A stretch of 30,607 nt of DNA from a virus: IMG/VR virus record IMGVR_UViG_3300045988_025679, positions 1 through 30,607 of that record; one strand, given 5' to 3'. A program made the position numbers and the translations under genes. The notes under the pieces are model-generated. The model searched no databases. It was not told where the DNA came from and saw only the letters and a list, made by a program, of their open reading frames with translations. Below are positions 12,098 to 20,603 of the stretch, piece after piece; positions within the stretch are counted from its first letter, which is position 1; every line of letters starts with the position of its first letter.

Positions 12098-14919
12098 TAT
12101 CTGTTACCTCGCAATCTCTCATTAAGCTTTGAATTTCTGTTAATCTCATTCTGATTTGCTCTATATGTTGCACGTGCAAATTCACGATCATTAATGTAAA
12201 GTGGTGTTTCAACCGTTAATTGAGCGTTGCTAGTGTAATCGTATTCTGCATTCATATCACTCACAACACCTCCAAAAGTCATTTTAGGAGCGCTCATTAG
12301 TGGAAGGTATAATAACTTCTCTGCAGCCTTTTTAACCTGAGGAACCATTCCTAAAATACCATTGCGATATCCTTTACCCCACCACATACCATCTTTATCT
12401 GCAATTTTAGATGGTGAGCCAATCTTAGCTTTTGCACGAATTGCGGCATCTGCAGCTGCTGCTAAACTAGCGGCCGCAGCTCTAACAGTACCTTCACTAG
12501 CTCTTAAACCATTCGCCAATCCTTGACCAATCATCTGACCACAATATTGTGCTTTTGACTGACACGCATTGAATGCACTGATAATGTTATTGCATGAAGA
12601 TCGTGCTATTGACACACTTTTTGATAAGCTTCCTTTAAGTCCTGATGTAAACTTAGTGCCCATTGCAGTTCCTGAAGTTGAAGCCCTAGCTTCTGCTGCA
12701 GACATTGCACTGATAATGTTATTGCATGAGTTTGTCACTGTAGCTGACGTACTGGCAAATGTAGTACCTACCATACCAATAGCAGTTACAAGGGCCATCA
12801 TCTGAGTACCAGCGCTTCCTATGCCTACAGAAGCTGCAGATATAGCTCCTATTCCGGTTGCTACTGCAGCTAAGCTAGCTCCCATATCAAACAGATTTAA
12901 ACCAGTAATAATCTGAATACCTTTAGCTAATTCTTTAAATCCTTTACCAGCATATAATGCCGATTGGCCAATAGATTCAATCACTCCTGATACTGAGTTT
13001 AAGATTCCACTTACTGTTTCACCGAATGATGTAATTACACCACTGATACCTTCAAATACTTCTTTGATAACAGGTCCAAACGCAAAAACAACATCTGCAA
13101 CACCCTGAAGAACCATTTGTAAACCTTCACCTTGCGAACCAACTAATGCCATTGCAGCACCAGTTGCTAGAATAGCCGCTGCCAGCGCAAGCCATGTAGT
13201 TGGTGGCACCATTGCGATTGCAGTTCCTAATCCTGTAAATGCAGTTGCTAAACCTTGCCCAATGCCTTGTGCTACTGTACTGATTGCAGTACCAAATGAT
13301 TCAATAACAGTGCCTACTCCTTCCAAAGCTGATTTAATGCCTTGTCCGATACCTTGAAAAGCAGTACTAATAGCTTCTCCTAGACCTGTTATAATTCCTT
13401 TTACACCTTCACATACCGAAGTAATAACATTTGAGATTCCTTCAAATGCAGAATTAATAATCTGTGCAGCTTTAGATGTTTTCTGAGCAGTTCGCATTGT
13501 TGCATCACCAATACCGTCACTTGGAGTACCATTTTGTGGTAATTGTCCAGGTATTTCTTGAGTTGGTTTTTCTCCTAATCCTCTGATTTTGTCAATAATT
13601 GATTTTAACTTTGAATATCCACCTTTAGCCGTGCCAACGACACCACTAATCATGCTAGATACTTTGCTACCGACTTTGATTGCAACAAATGCTCCTGCCA
13701 ATAATTTGACTGCACTTGCAAATCTCTTAACATCTTCCGTTTTAAGATTTGCTATGAAATCTGCAATTTTGCCAGTTACATCTTCTACTTTTGCAATGAT
13801 ATTTCCAATGTCTTGTCCTAACTGCTCAAAGACTTTACTGTCTTGCAACTTATCCGTTACATTTCCAATAGCATCTTTGACTTTGTCGAACAATGTAATA
13901 GCGTTTTGTACTGCATCTGTCTTCATAAATCCATCATAGAATTGTTGGACCATAGCTTTAGCATTGTTTGCTCTATCTGCAAGCCAATCCATAGCTTTTG
14001 ATACATTCTCCAAGACTTCAGGCTTAAAGTCCCATGTCAAACCATCATCCTTGGATTCCATGATTGAATTTCTAAAGTCATAGATTTTAGATTTAATCTT
14101 TTCTAGATTATCAACTAATCCACCCATGGCTTTTGACTTCAACATGTTATTCATTGCAGACAAGAACCCTTGTTCTAAGTTTTGTACTGCACTCTTGATG
14201 TTAGTCATAGAAGTTTTAATACCTTTAGATGCTTCTAATGCAGTTTCTGCAAAGCCACCTGTTTCTGTATCACATTCAATCATTGCATCATTAAACTGAT
14301 CAAATGTAATCGTTCCATTCTGTAATGCATCGTACAATTCATTTGCATTACCACTTGTAATACCTAGTTTCTTTGCAACTTTAGTTAATGCTGGTGCCAT
14401 TGTTTCTTGTAAGGTTCTCCATGATTGCATATCAACTGTACCTTTAGCAAGCATCTGTGAATACTGTTGTAATCCACGTGATGCATCTTCTGAGCTTGAA
14501 CCGCTCGCTAAAAACGCATGATTTAATGCAATTGTAGTATCAGTTGCCTTATCTATATTACTTGTAACGGCAGCCAACGACTTAGATGTTGTTACAACAT
14601 CTGCCAAGTTTGTAGGTAAGCCTTGTACTGACTGATTTAACTTTGCAACACTCTTTTGAGATTGTTCAATTGAAAACCCCAAAGACTTCATAACTTTTGG
14701 ATAGGATTGCATGGTATCAAATCTTGTGATAGCACCATCCATGGATGAGCTAAGAACGTTCATTGTTGCGCCAATAGCTTTTGTTATGCCGACACCTGCA
14801 ACGATAGATTTAACTCTATCACCAAACGACTGACACGCTCCTATAGCTTTGTTCATGGTTGAGGTCATATTCTTATCGGTTGCCGTTAGTATGGCTTCAA
14901 CACTAAAACTTTCTGCCAT
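12097..14919 (-). CDS. Tail tape measure protein
   Basis: 940 aa, helical and Ala/Gly/Ile-rich with repeated G-x-G/IG segments, located after the G/GT chaperone pair. A GGAGGG RBS is present. Confidence 0.9.
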   Translation of the reverse strand: MAESFSVEAILTATDKNMTSTMNKAIGACQSFGDRVKSIVAGVGITKAIGATMNVLSSSMDGAITRFDTMQSYPKVMKSLGFSIEQSQKSVAKLNQSVQGLPTNLADVVTTSKSLAAVTSNIDKATDTTIALNHAFLASGSSSEDASRGLQQYSQMLAKGTVDMQSWRTLQETMAPALTKVAKKLGITSGNANELYDALQNGTITFDQFNDAMIECDTETGGFAETALEASKGIKTSMTNIKSAVQNLEQGFLSAMNNMLKSKAMGGLVDNLEKIKSKIYDFRNSIMESKDDGLTWDFKPEVLENVSKAMDWLADRANNAKAMVQQFYDGFMKTDAVQNAITLFDKVKDAIGNVTDKLQDSKVFEQLGQDIGNIIAKVEDVTGKIADFIANLKTEDVKRFASAVKLLAGAFVAIKVGSKVSSMISGVVGTAKGGYSKLKSIIDKIRGLGEKPTQEIPGQLPQNGTPSDGIGDATMRTAQKTSKAAQIINSAFEGISNVITSVCEGVKGIITGLGEAISTAFQGIGQGIKSALEGVGTVIESFGTAISTVAQGIGQGLATAFTGLGTAIAMVPPTTWLALAAAILATGAAMALVGSQGEGLQMVLQGVADVVFAFGPVIKEVFEGISGVITSFGETVSGILNSVSGVIESIGQSALYAGKGFKELAKGIQIITGLNLFDMGASLAAVATGIGAISAASVGIGSAGTQMMALVTAIGMVGTTFASTSATVTNSCNNIISAMSAAEARASTSGTAMGTKFTSGLKGSLSKSVSIARSSCNNIISAFNACQSKAQYCGQMIGQGLANGLRASEGTVRAAAASLAAAADAAIRAKAKIGSPSKIADKDGMWWGKGYRNGILGMVPQVKKAAEKLLYLPLMSAPKMTFGGVVSDMNAEYDYTSNAQLTVETPLYINDREFARATYRANQNEINRNSKLNERLRGNR

Positions 14920-14921
14920 TG

Positions 14922-15649
14922 TTATCCCTCCTTTTTATTTATGAACTCTGCCAACTTATCAAACTTGCTTTGTTTCTTTATTCCCATGACACGATCCAAC
15001 TCTTTCTGATAGTCAAAGAACTTGCTAAATTTCGTGTATACCATTCTCTGTTTCTTGCCAACTTGCTTTTTAGCTTGTGCAGTCATATTTAGGTATGCTT
15101 GCAAATGCAGATAATACTGATCATCCACCATTTGTAGCTCTTTGGCCTTCATTAAAAGACGATATTCGTAAGGGGTAAGATTATTTACCTGATCCAAACT
15201 TTTGAAGTCTAGATATCTAAAACAAGTCAAAGCGACACGCTCATACATTTCATCAAATGTTTCGTCTATTTCTTCTCTTCTTTCTCTTCTTTCTGCATGC
15301 TCGTCATCAGTGATTTCACTTCTTTCTTGCACGCATTCGCTTGAAATAAAAAATTGAATACGTCCTCAAAAACTTTGTCGATATCTTCTACATCTTCTAA
15401 ATATCTTTCAATGTATGCTTTATTTAAACGTGGTGTTTGCCCAATATTCATACAGAAGATACAATCGACTAATGCATCAATATCTCCATCCATGATGCTT
15501 GCGACCATAAACTTCAAACCTACTTCTTTTTTGTTTTTAGTGTTTGGCACATCCACAGTCACTCTTTTATTGACTTCATGTAAAAATCCAAACCCTGCTA
15601 CTAGTTGATATGTTTCACCATTTACTTCAATTTCCATGTATTTACTCAT
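14922..15649 (-). CDS. Tail assembly chaperone GT, predicted product of a programmed -1 frameshift
   Basis: The G frame joins the -1 frame ORF (14922-15332 in the track, open back to about 15370). The join is at the slippery heptamer T_TTT_TTA (minus strand; plus-strand coordinates 15347-15353). The predicted fusion is about 240 aa. Confidence 0.65.
15266..15649 (-). CDS. Tail assembly chaperone G
   Basis: 127-aa acidic ORF between the major tail and tape measure genes. It overlaps a -1 frame ORF that continues to 14922. Confidence 0.8.
   Translation of the reverse strand: MSKYMEIEVNGETYQLVAGFGFLHEVNKRVTVDVPNTKNKKEVGLKFMVASIMDGDIDALVDCIFCMNIGQTPRLNKAYIERYLEDVEDIDKVFEDVFNFLFQANACKKEVKSLMTSMQKEEKEEKK
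15347..15353 (-). promoter_or_regulatory. -1 ribosomal frameshift slippery heptamer TTTTTTA (X_XXY_YYZ in the G frame: aaT TTT TTA)
   Basis: Read directly from the sequence. The zero frame is ..GTA TTC AAT TTT TTA TTT CAA... The -1 frame is open from a TGA 21 nt upstream of the heptamer through to 14922. Confidence 0.6.
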
Positions 15650-15671
15650 TTAAATTTCTCGCTTTCTTAAC

Positions 15672-15700
15672 ATAAATATAAAAGGGGCAATTTCTGCCCC
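15672..15700 (-). terminator. Rho-independent terminator/attenuator after the major tail gene
   Basis: Minus strand: GGGGCA-GAAAT-TGCCCC followed by TTTTATATTT, in the 55-bp gap between the major tail protein gene and the chaperone gene. Confidence 0.6.
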
Positions 15701-15704
15701 TGTT

Positions 15705-16250
15705 CTATACATTTCCTTCTTCTTTTTTAACATCTTTATAAACGTAAGATGCTACTTCCTGTTGCTCTTTTGTTACTGTTGCATATCCATCTGCACCATT
15801 TCCATTTGCTCCGAATGTTAAATCAACTTCAACAACTCCTTCTGCTTCTGATGAAATTGAGCATTCAGTCAAATATCCTTGGTAGTATTTAGATTTAAAC
15901 TTGCCGACATTTGTTTCAGTTCCTTCTTCTGCTAGGTTTACTTCCCAACATTCGACTAACTTATCTGCCAACATGGCTTTTTCTAATTTGTCGATAATTG
16001 CATCACCTTTTGCCAAAACAGATGTTGATGTGATTTCAATTTCTGCCACTGATGGTGTACGAATAGTTCCATCTTTTGTAGCAGTAGTATCTGCATCTTT
16101 TGTTACGTTTCGTTCGTTTTCTGTTGGGAATGCAATTGCACTAGCATCTTCTTTTTTTGAATCTTCTGCAACTCTGAAAAGATAGATCAACTGTTTACCT
16201 GCAACTGATTCTTTCATTGCTTCTGCGAACATTTGTAAATCAAATTTCAT
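15705..16250 (-). CDS. Major tail (tube) protein
   Basis: 181 aa, positioned between the tail terminator and the chaperones. Composition is TP901-1-like. The N-terminus MKFDLQMFAEA carries the LQMFA motif. Confidence 0.8.
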   Translation of the reverse strand: MKFDLQMFAEAMKESVAGKQLIYLFRVAEDSKKEDASAIAFPTENERNVTKDADTTATKDGTIRTPSVAEIEITSTSVLAKGDAIIDKLEKAMLADKLVECWEVNLAEEGTETNVGKFKSKYYQGYLTECSISSEAEGVVEVDLTFGANGNGADGYATVTKEQQEVASYVYKDVKKEEGNV

Positions 16251-16660
16251 TATTTTATTCCTCCTGTAATTCTAAAATCCAACTCTAGAACACCATGCAT
16301 CAATGGTGCTCCTGTACTTGAATCCGATAATATCCGTTGGTTGATATTTTGGATCATAAAAGCAAAGTTGTTTGTGTGGTTGATTTGTCTAGCCACTTTC
16401 TTAATGGTTTGCATAATTTCAGACAATTCTCCACGCTTCCTAGGATTGTTGTGCCAAACATCCACAACCTGCGTGATAGTGCCTAGAATCATTGTTTTAT
16501 TTCCGTAATCGTCCACTAGTTGACTTGAACCAATGTATACATATGGATATGGTGTCCCTTCACCTGGAAGAAACGTGTCATATACATTAACGCCTTTACT
16601 TTTTAACGCTTTTTCTAATTGCACTTTTAGTGCAATGAATAACTCTTGTTGTGAATCCAT
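16250..16660 (-). CDS. Tail terminator / tail completion protein (DUF3168-like)
   Basis: 136 aa, directly upstream of the major tail gene. It carries the pattern ..VYDTFLP....PYVYIG....ITQVVDVWH. Confidence 0.6.
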   Translation of the reverse strand: MDSQQELFIALKVQLEKALKSKGVNVYDTFLPGEGTPYPYVYIGSSQLVDDYGNKTMILGTITQVVDVWHNNPRKRGELSEIMQTIKKVARQINHTNNFAFMIQNINQRILSDSSTGAPLMHGVLELDFRITGGIK

Positions 16661-16668
16661 TGCATCAC

Positions 16669-17016
16669 CTACTTAACTAGTTTTTTCATGTCTGACTTGA
16701 ATATTGGTACTTGTTGTTTAAACGCAGGCCTAACAAAAGGTTGTGCATCTATAAAACGTGTTCCAAATTCAACATAAGGTGCATAATGTGTAGATGGTCC
16801 TTCTGCATATGTGAATCCGCCATCACGTGTTTCACCTCTGATACTTCTTTTCGTAGTGCCTGTTGAATACCCTTTTGTAAATACTGCATTTTTAACAGTT
16901 TTATTTTGCATATCCATTCCATTCTTCAAAACAACTGTTTTCACATCTTCCAAAGAACAATTCTTTTTGAGCTTCTTCTGCAGTTTATCTAATCCTCTTA
17001 TTTCAACTTTTGCCAT
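16669..17016 (-). CDS. HK97 gp10-family head-tail joining protein
   Basis: 115 aa. MAKVEIRGLDKLQKKL ... HYAPYVEFGT ... AQPFVRPAF is typical of the HK97 gp10 family. Confidence 0.75.
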   Translation of the reverse strand: MAKVEIRGLDKLQKKLKKNCSLEDVKTVVLKNGMDMQNKTVKNAVFTKGYSTGTTKRSIRGETRDGGFTYAEGPSTHYAPYVEFGTRFIDAQPFVRPAFKQQVPIFKSDMKKLVK

Positions 17017-17018
17017 AT

Positions 17019-17321
17019 CTACTGCACCTCAGACAGAATAAAAGACTCCTTTGTCCGGAGTCTTCGTGAGTAATCTACTTTGTATTTCTTTGTACCGATT
17101 CTAATATGATCAAATGGCTTTTGATAGATGTTCTGTATATGACAAGTAAGGCTACCTTGTCTGATTTGCCCGTATACCTGCATCATAGTTTCAGTTCTTG
17201 TATCCATTACGGAAGCCATTACCATTTCTTCTACAGGCGAATCATCTTCATAGTTGCCTGTATTCTCGTTATAAGAGCCTTGCACAAATCTTTGAAAGTA
17301 AATAGGTTTATCGTACCTCAT
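17019..17321 (-). CDS. Head closure / head-tail adaptor protein (SPP1 gp16-like)
   Basis: 100 aa, assigned by its position between the gp6-like connector and the gp10-like protein. The assignment rests on gene order and size. Confidence 0.55.
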   Translation of the reverse strand: MRYDKPIYFQRFVQGSYNENTGNYEDDSPVEEMVMASVMDTRTETMMQVYGQIRQGSLTCHIQNIYQKPFDHIRIGTKKYKVDYSRRLRTKESFILSEVQ

Positions 17322-17653
17322 AAGAACCGAACCTTTCCTTTATTTTGATTGGCTTGCTCATCTCTCCAAGATTGAATCTCAGAAGAGAAAGAAGAGAAGT
17401 CATCATCATTAAATGACATTGACTCCCCTTCAACTGAATGTGTTTGAACACCCTCAGAACCAATCCTATTAAAGCGTTTGATGGACACTTCGGTAATGAT
17501 ATATTCGAGTTCATCCGGTATGATTTTTACGCTCAGAAGCGCTTTTAGTCGACTTTCCGTAAGTCTTACAATGGTATCTAGCTTTTCATCATCAGTTTGC
17601 AAACCAAGAAGCAGTTTTACATCATTTAATACGGTTGTTGTCGACATCTTCAA
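17318..17653 (-). CDS. gp6-like head-tail connector (DNA-packaging QLRG-type) protein
   Basis: 111 aa, immediately after the capsid gene. The N-terminus ..VLNDVKLLLGLQTDDEKLDTIVRLTESRLKALL is typical of this family. Confidence 0.65.
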   Translation of the reverse strand: MKMSTTTVLNDVKLLLGLQTDDEKLDTIVRLTESRLKALLSVKIIPDELEYIITEVSIKRFNRIGSEGVQTHSVEGESMSFNDDDFSSFSSEIQSWRDEQANQNKGKVRFL

Positions 17654-17657
17654 TCAC

Positions 17658-18863
17658 CTACGCCTTTAAATCAACAACTACATCGCCTTTTGATACTGCT
17701 TTGTAGTTTCTGTCACATTCAACTACTGTACAATGATTAGATTCTGCTGCTTTGATATCTGCTCCTTCTTCGAAATTCTTCCAAGATTTTACATCTGTAC
17801 CATATGCCACTGTTTCTTCAGAAGCTCCTACCTTGAATTTGAATTTGTTATTCATAGATTGCAACTGTTCGTCAACTGCTACTTTTGTAGTTCCTGTTTC
17901 TTCACCTTTAGAAGCCGTTAATGTTAAATTACGCAATGTCTGAGTATCAGAACCACCTACTGCAAAGTGTGCAATTGCATCTTGGTATTCACACATTAAA
18001 CGTAATCCCATGATAGCGAACATATCAGAAATAGCACGATCATAGTTCCCTTCTACATGGAATCCTAAGAAGCCAGTAGTACTGTCAGTAGTATATGAAA
18101 GTCCTGCTTTAACAAATTCAGAATCGCTTGGATCTACGTAATATGCAATGATGTTGTTCATTGGAGTGGCTACTACTGTTTTTTCTGCTACTCGGTCTGT
18201 TAAGAATACAATATCTGCTCCTAAGAAGCTCTTAATGTATGTTAAACCGAATGCAGTCTGCATAGATACATTAGCTTCTCCTAAATAGCGGTAAGCATCC
18301 AATGTGTTGACGAATACGGCAATACCAGTAGTATTTCGTTTCATCTTCTGGAATTTGTGTTTAACATTACCGATTGCCATCGCAATTGCCATTTGCCAAG
18401 TTGCTTCATGTCCTACTAAGCTACCTGAGTTCAACTGTTTATATAAGTGATCAGTGATGTTATCTTGCAAATCAATACGGAATTGTTCATCTGTATCAGA
18501 TACTGCAGCTTCATATCCTTTCTCTGCAATTGCTTCAATTGGAACGGCTTTACGGAATTTCTCGATTTGAATTGTATCAAAAACTTCTTCTTCAACTTTA
18601 TATTCGCTTAATGGAATTGATTCACCTTCTGCTACATGTCCATCTTTTAATGTTCCTGTTACTTTCTTTGTTTTTAAAACAGAACCATTTGCTTTACGGA
18701 TTGGACGAATGATTCCTAATACATCTAATAAAGCCTGGATATTCTTTCCAAAACTAGTAACAAAATCAATTTCGTGTGCTCTAACTTGGATGTTGCCTGT
18801 TCCTGTTAATCCTTCAGGTGCTGCGAACATTTGCAAGTTCATACCTTTATAAATTTTTTTCAT
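17658..18863 (-). CDS. Major capsid protein
   Basis: 401 aa, located after the scaffold gene. The N-terminus MKKIYKGMNLQMFAAPEG carries a Prp-type cleavage motif. Confidence 0.85.
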   Translation of the reverse strand: MKKIYKGMNLQMFAAPEGLTGTGNIQVRAHEIDFVTSFGKNIQALLDVLGIIRPIRKANGSVLKTKKVTGTLKDGHVAEGESIPLSEYKVEEEVFDTIQIEKFRKAVPIEAIAEKGYEAAVSDTDEQFRIDLQDNITDHLYKQLNSGSLVGHEATWQMAIAMAIGNVKHKFQKMKRNTTGIAVFVNTLDAYRYLGEANVSMQTAFGLTYIKSFLGADIVFLTDRVAEKTVVATPMNNIIAYYVDPSDSEFVKAGLSYTTDSTTGFLGFHVEGNYDRAISDMFAIMGLRLMCEYQDAIAHFAVGGSDTQTLRNLTLTASKGEETGTTKVAVDEQLQSMNNKFKFKVGASEETVAYGTDVKSWKNFEEGADIKAAESNHCTVVECDRNYKAVSKGDVVVDLKA

Positions 18864-18884
18864 ATGTTAGTTCTCCTTTTTCTA

Positions 18885-19520
18885 TTACTGGAATAAATCC
18901 ATGTTTTCCGCAATCATGCGTTGTCTTTCCATCGGATCAGTGATATTCAAGATTGATTCACGAGTTACCCCTTTGTTTGAACCTCCACGTTTAGGACCGT
19001 TGCCTTTCAGTTTTTCTTTAACTGCTTTTTCTACTTCAGATTCAAACATCTTAACGAATGCATCAACCGCTTTCTTTGTTTTATCTGCATCTTGATTAAC
19101 TAGAACAGATAAAAGGTCATCACCAACGTTAATATTGTGCTCTGTGCACATTTTGCGTGCTTCATTTGTCATTTCTGCAATCGCATTTTTTGCTTTCAAT
19201 TCATCTAGCTCTTTTTGCACCTTGTCACGTTCTGCTTCTGCTCGTTCTTGTGCATTCATTTCTGCTAAGCGCTTAGCTTCTGCTTTTTCTTTTTCTTGAT
19301 CTGCTTTCCAACGTGCAAACCTTTTATCAAGAATCGCATTCAAATCTTCATCTGAGTACTTCTTTTCAGGTGCTTTGTTTTTTTCTTGGTTGTCTTGTCC
19401 CTCAGTTGATTTAGTCTGAGTTGATTGAGTGTTTTCTGTTCCTGTACTCTCATTCTCACCTGAAGTTTCATCTGCAAAAAGTTGTAAGCAAAAAGGTAGT
19501 CTGTCATTGAATTTTTTCAT
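18885..19520 (-). CDS. Scaffolding protein
   Basis: Start refined to ATG 19520 (AGGAGG 10 nt upstream), giving MKKFNDRLPFCLQLFADETSG... The protein is 211 aa, strongly charged and helical (KAEAKRLAEMNAQERAEAERDKVQKELDELKAK), and sits before the capsid gene. Confidence 0.8.
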   Translation of the reverse strand: MKKFNDRLPFCLQLFADETSGENESTGTENTQSTQTKSTEGQDNQEKNKAPEKKYSDEDLNAILDKRFARWKADQEKEKAEAKRLAEMNAQERAEAERDKVQKELDELKAKNAIAEMTNEARKMCTEHNINVGDDLLSVLVNQDADKTKKAVDAFVKMFESEVEKAVKEKLKGNGPKRGGSNKGVTRESILNITDPMERQRMIAENMDLFQ

Positions 19521-19580
19521 TAGTAAATTTCCTCCTATTTTTCTGACTTTGCTTGTCATTTCCCATATCTTTTTAAGGCT

Positions 19581-19628
19581 TAAATGCTTGGCCTGTAACC
19601 CATACAGTTTAACGACGTAAATGCTTGG
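19581..19628 (+). repeat. 11-bp direct repeat TAAATGCTTGG, two copies (19581-19591 and 19618-19628), in a 248-bp non-coding gap
   Basis: Exact copies 37 bp apart, between the Prp-like gene and the scaffold gene. Confidence 0.7.
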
Positions 19629-19768
19629 TCTTGTTTGGTAGTGTGGATATGTAGGCTTTATAAGTCTTGGCTTTTCCACAAAAAATGCACCGTTGATTAC
19701 GTACTTCAACGATGCATTCTAGCCATTGGTCAAAATAAACCTTTTCGACACGCTCCAAATATTTGTGA

Positions 19769-20077
19769 TTACACATCTCTTAGATCCACGTATTCCGGAT
19801 ACGCTTCTTCTGTGCCTTTGCATCCTATTCTGAAGAAATTAATTGCTAATTCTCCAGCAAGGTCCAAACCCGAGATATACAACGTCTTGCTATCTTTATC
19901 AGGTTCGTAATATCTACAAAGTGCGTCGGATGTTTCGTCGATTGAATTGGCCAATGTCAAAAATAGTACTGAGATAGCGCTGCAGACGATATCCTTTCCT
20001 ATCGGAGCGTAACGAGCATGGCCATGTAATTCAATCAAGCAATCACGTTCAGTCTGTCTAATTTTAATCTTTATCAC
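19769..20077 (-). CDS. prp: Prp-like cysteine protease (ribosomal-processing protease / DUF464 family)
   Basis: 102 aa with a GTG start overlapping the stop of the upstream small ORF. ELHGHARYAPIGKDIVCSAISVL matches the Prp His/Cys dyad signature (GHA ... G-x-DIVC-[AS]-x-x-S). Confidence 0.75.
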   Translation of the reverse strand: MIKIKIRQTERDCLIELHGHARYAPIGKDIVCSAISVLFLTLANSIDETSDALCRYYEPDKDSKTLYISGLDLAGELAINFFRIGCKGTEEAYPEYVDLRDV

Positions 20078-20187
20078 ATAGTATCACCTGTTTCATGAGT
20101 CTTTTCTAATTTAATAGTTCTTTCAGATAAAAAGCTTGAAGTAACTTGCACCGTTGGAAGCCAGTTGTTATCTGAATTCAAATTCAT
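20074..20187 (-). CDS. Possible 37-aa small ORF (MNLNSDNNWLPTVQVTSSFLSERTIKLEKTHETGDTM)
   Basis: Translated by hand. Its TGA overlaps the GTG start of the Prp-like gene (ATGTGA). The RBS is weak. Confidence 0.25.
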   Translation of the reverse strand: MNLNSDNNWLPTVQVTSSFLSERTIKLEKTHETGDTM

Positions 20188-20217
20188 TTCTATCTTCAAA
20201 TCTGTTAGCAAATCATA

Positions 20218-20325
20218 TTAATCCACAATATCATCTGCATGATCAATAATACTTTGAGCAGCTTCTTTTATATGCTTCTTAATTTGTTCTGATCTATCTT
20301 CACCACGTGTAAACCAATAATCCAT
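20218..20325 (-). CDS. Possible 35-aa small ORF (MDYWFTRGEDRSEQIKKHIKEAAQSIIDHADDIVD)
   Basis: Translated by hand. A GGGAG lies 7 nt upstream of the ATG, directly after a terminator hairpin. Confidence 0.3.
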   Translation of the reverse strand: MDYWFTRGEDRSEQIKKHIKEAAQSIIDHADDIVD

Positions 20326-20340
20326 TGTATCACTCCCTTG

Positions 20341-20370
20341 CATAATAAAAGGCCACTCGTTTGAGTGACC
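20341..20370 (-). terminator. Rho-independent terminator inside the head module
   Basis: Minus strand: GGTCACTC-AAAC-GAGTGGCC (8 bp including one G-U pair) followed by TTTTATTATG. On the plus strand the same stem has a C-A mismatch, so the structure is strand-specific. Confidence 0.55.
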
Positions 20371-20403
20371 ATAATTACATCATATTTTTTTAATACTCAT
20401 CAT

Positions 20404-20598
20404 TTAGTATGTTAAAGCGGAAAGGATATTGTTCGGTAAATCAACATCTGAAAGGCGGCCTTCATTTTTCCTGAATTCCTCTGAAATTTTGTCCCAGTTT
20501 TTATATAAAACTTCTGCGTTTTCCCAATCTTCCAAAAGATTTTCAAAAAAAACTTTATCGTCAGTTATTTTGCCATCTAAAACTAGTTTATTTCTCAT
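20404..20598 (-). CDS. Small acidic hypothetical protein downstream of the MuF gene; candidate partner or immunity protein
   Basis: 64-aa ORF starting 5 nt after the MuF stop and followed by a terminator. No motif was recognised. Confidence 0.6.
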   Translation of the reverse strand: MRNKLVLDGKITDDKVFFENLLEDWENAEVLYKNWDKISEEFRKNEGRLSDVDLPNNILSALTY

Positions 20599-20603
20599 AG
20601 TTA

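Noticed and set aside
13589-13939. Plus-strand ORFs embedded antisense in large minus-strand genes (also 670-873, 3096-3374 minus, 7138-7422, 12569-12805, 15901-16185, 21802-22152, 22346-22741, 25489-25773, 27020-27379)
   Set aside because: These are shadow ORFs. They are fully nested antisense in well-supported genes, have low-complexity or hydrophobic junk-like translations, lack an RBS, and break the operon logic.
19521-19709. A long N-terminal extension of the scaffold ORF (track start 19709)
   Set aside because: That start is a TTG without an RBS. ATG 19520 has an AGGAGG upstream and places the LQLFA motif 12 residues from the N-terminus, matching the capsid and tail proteins.
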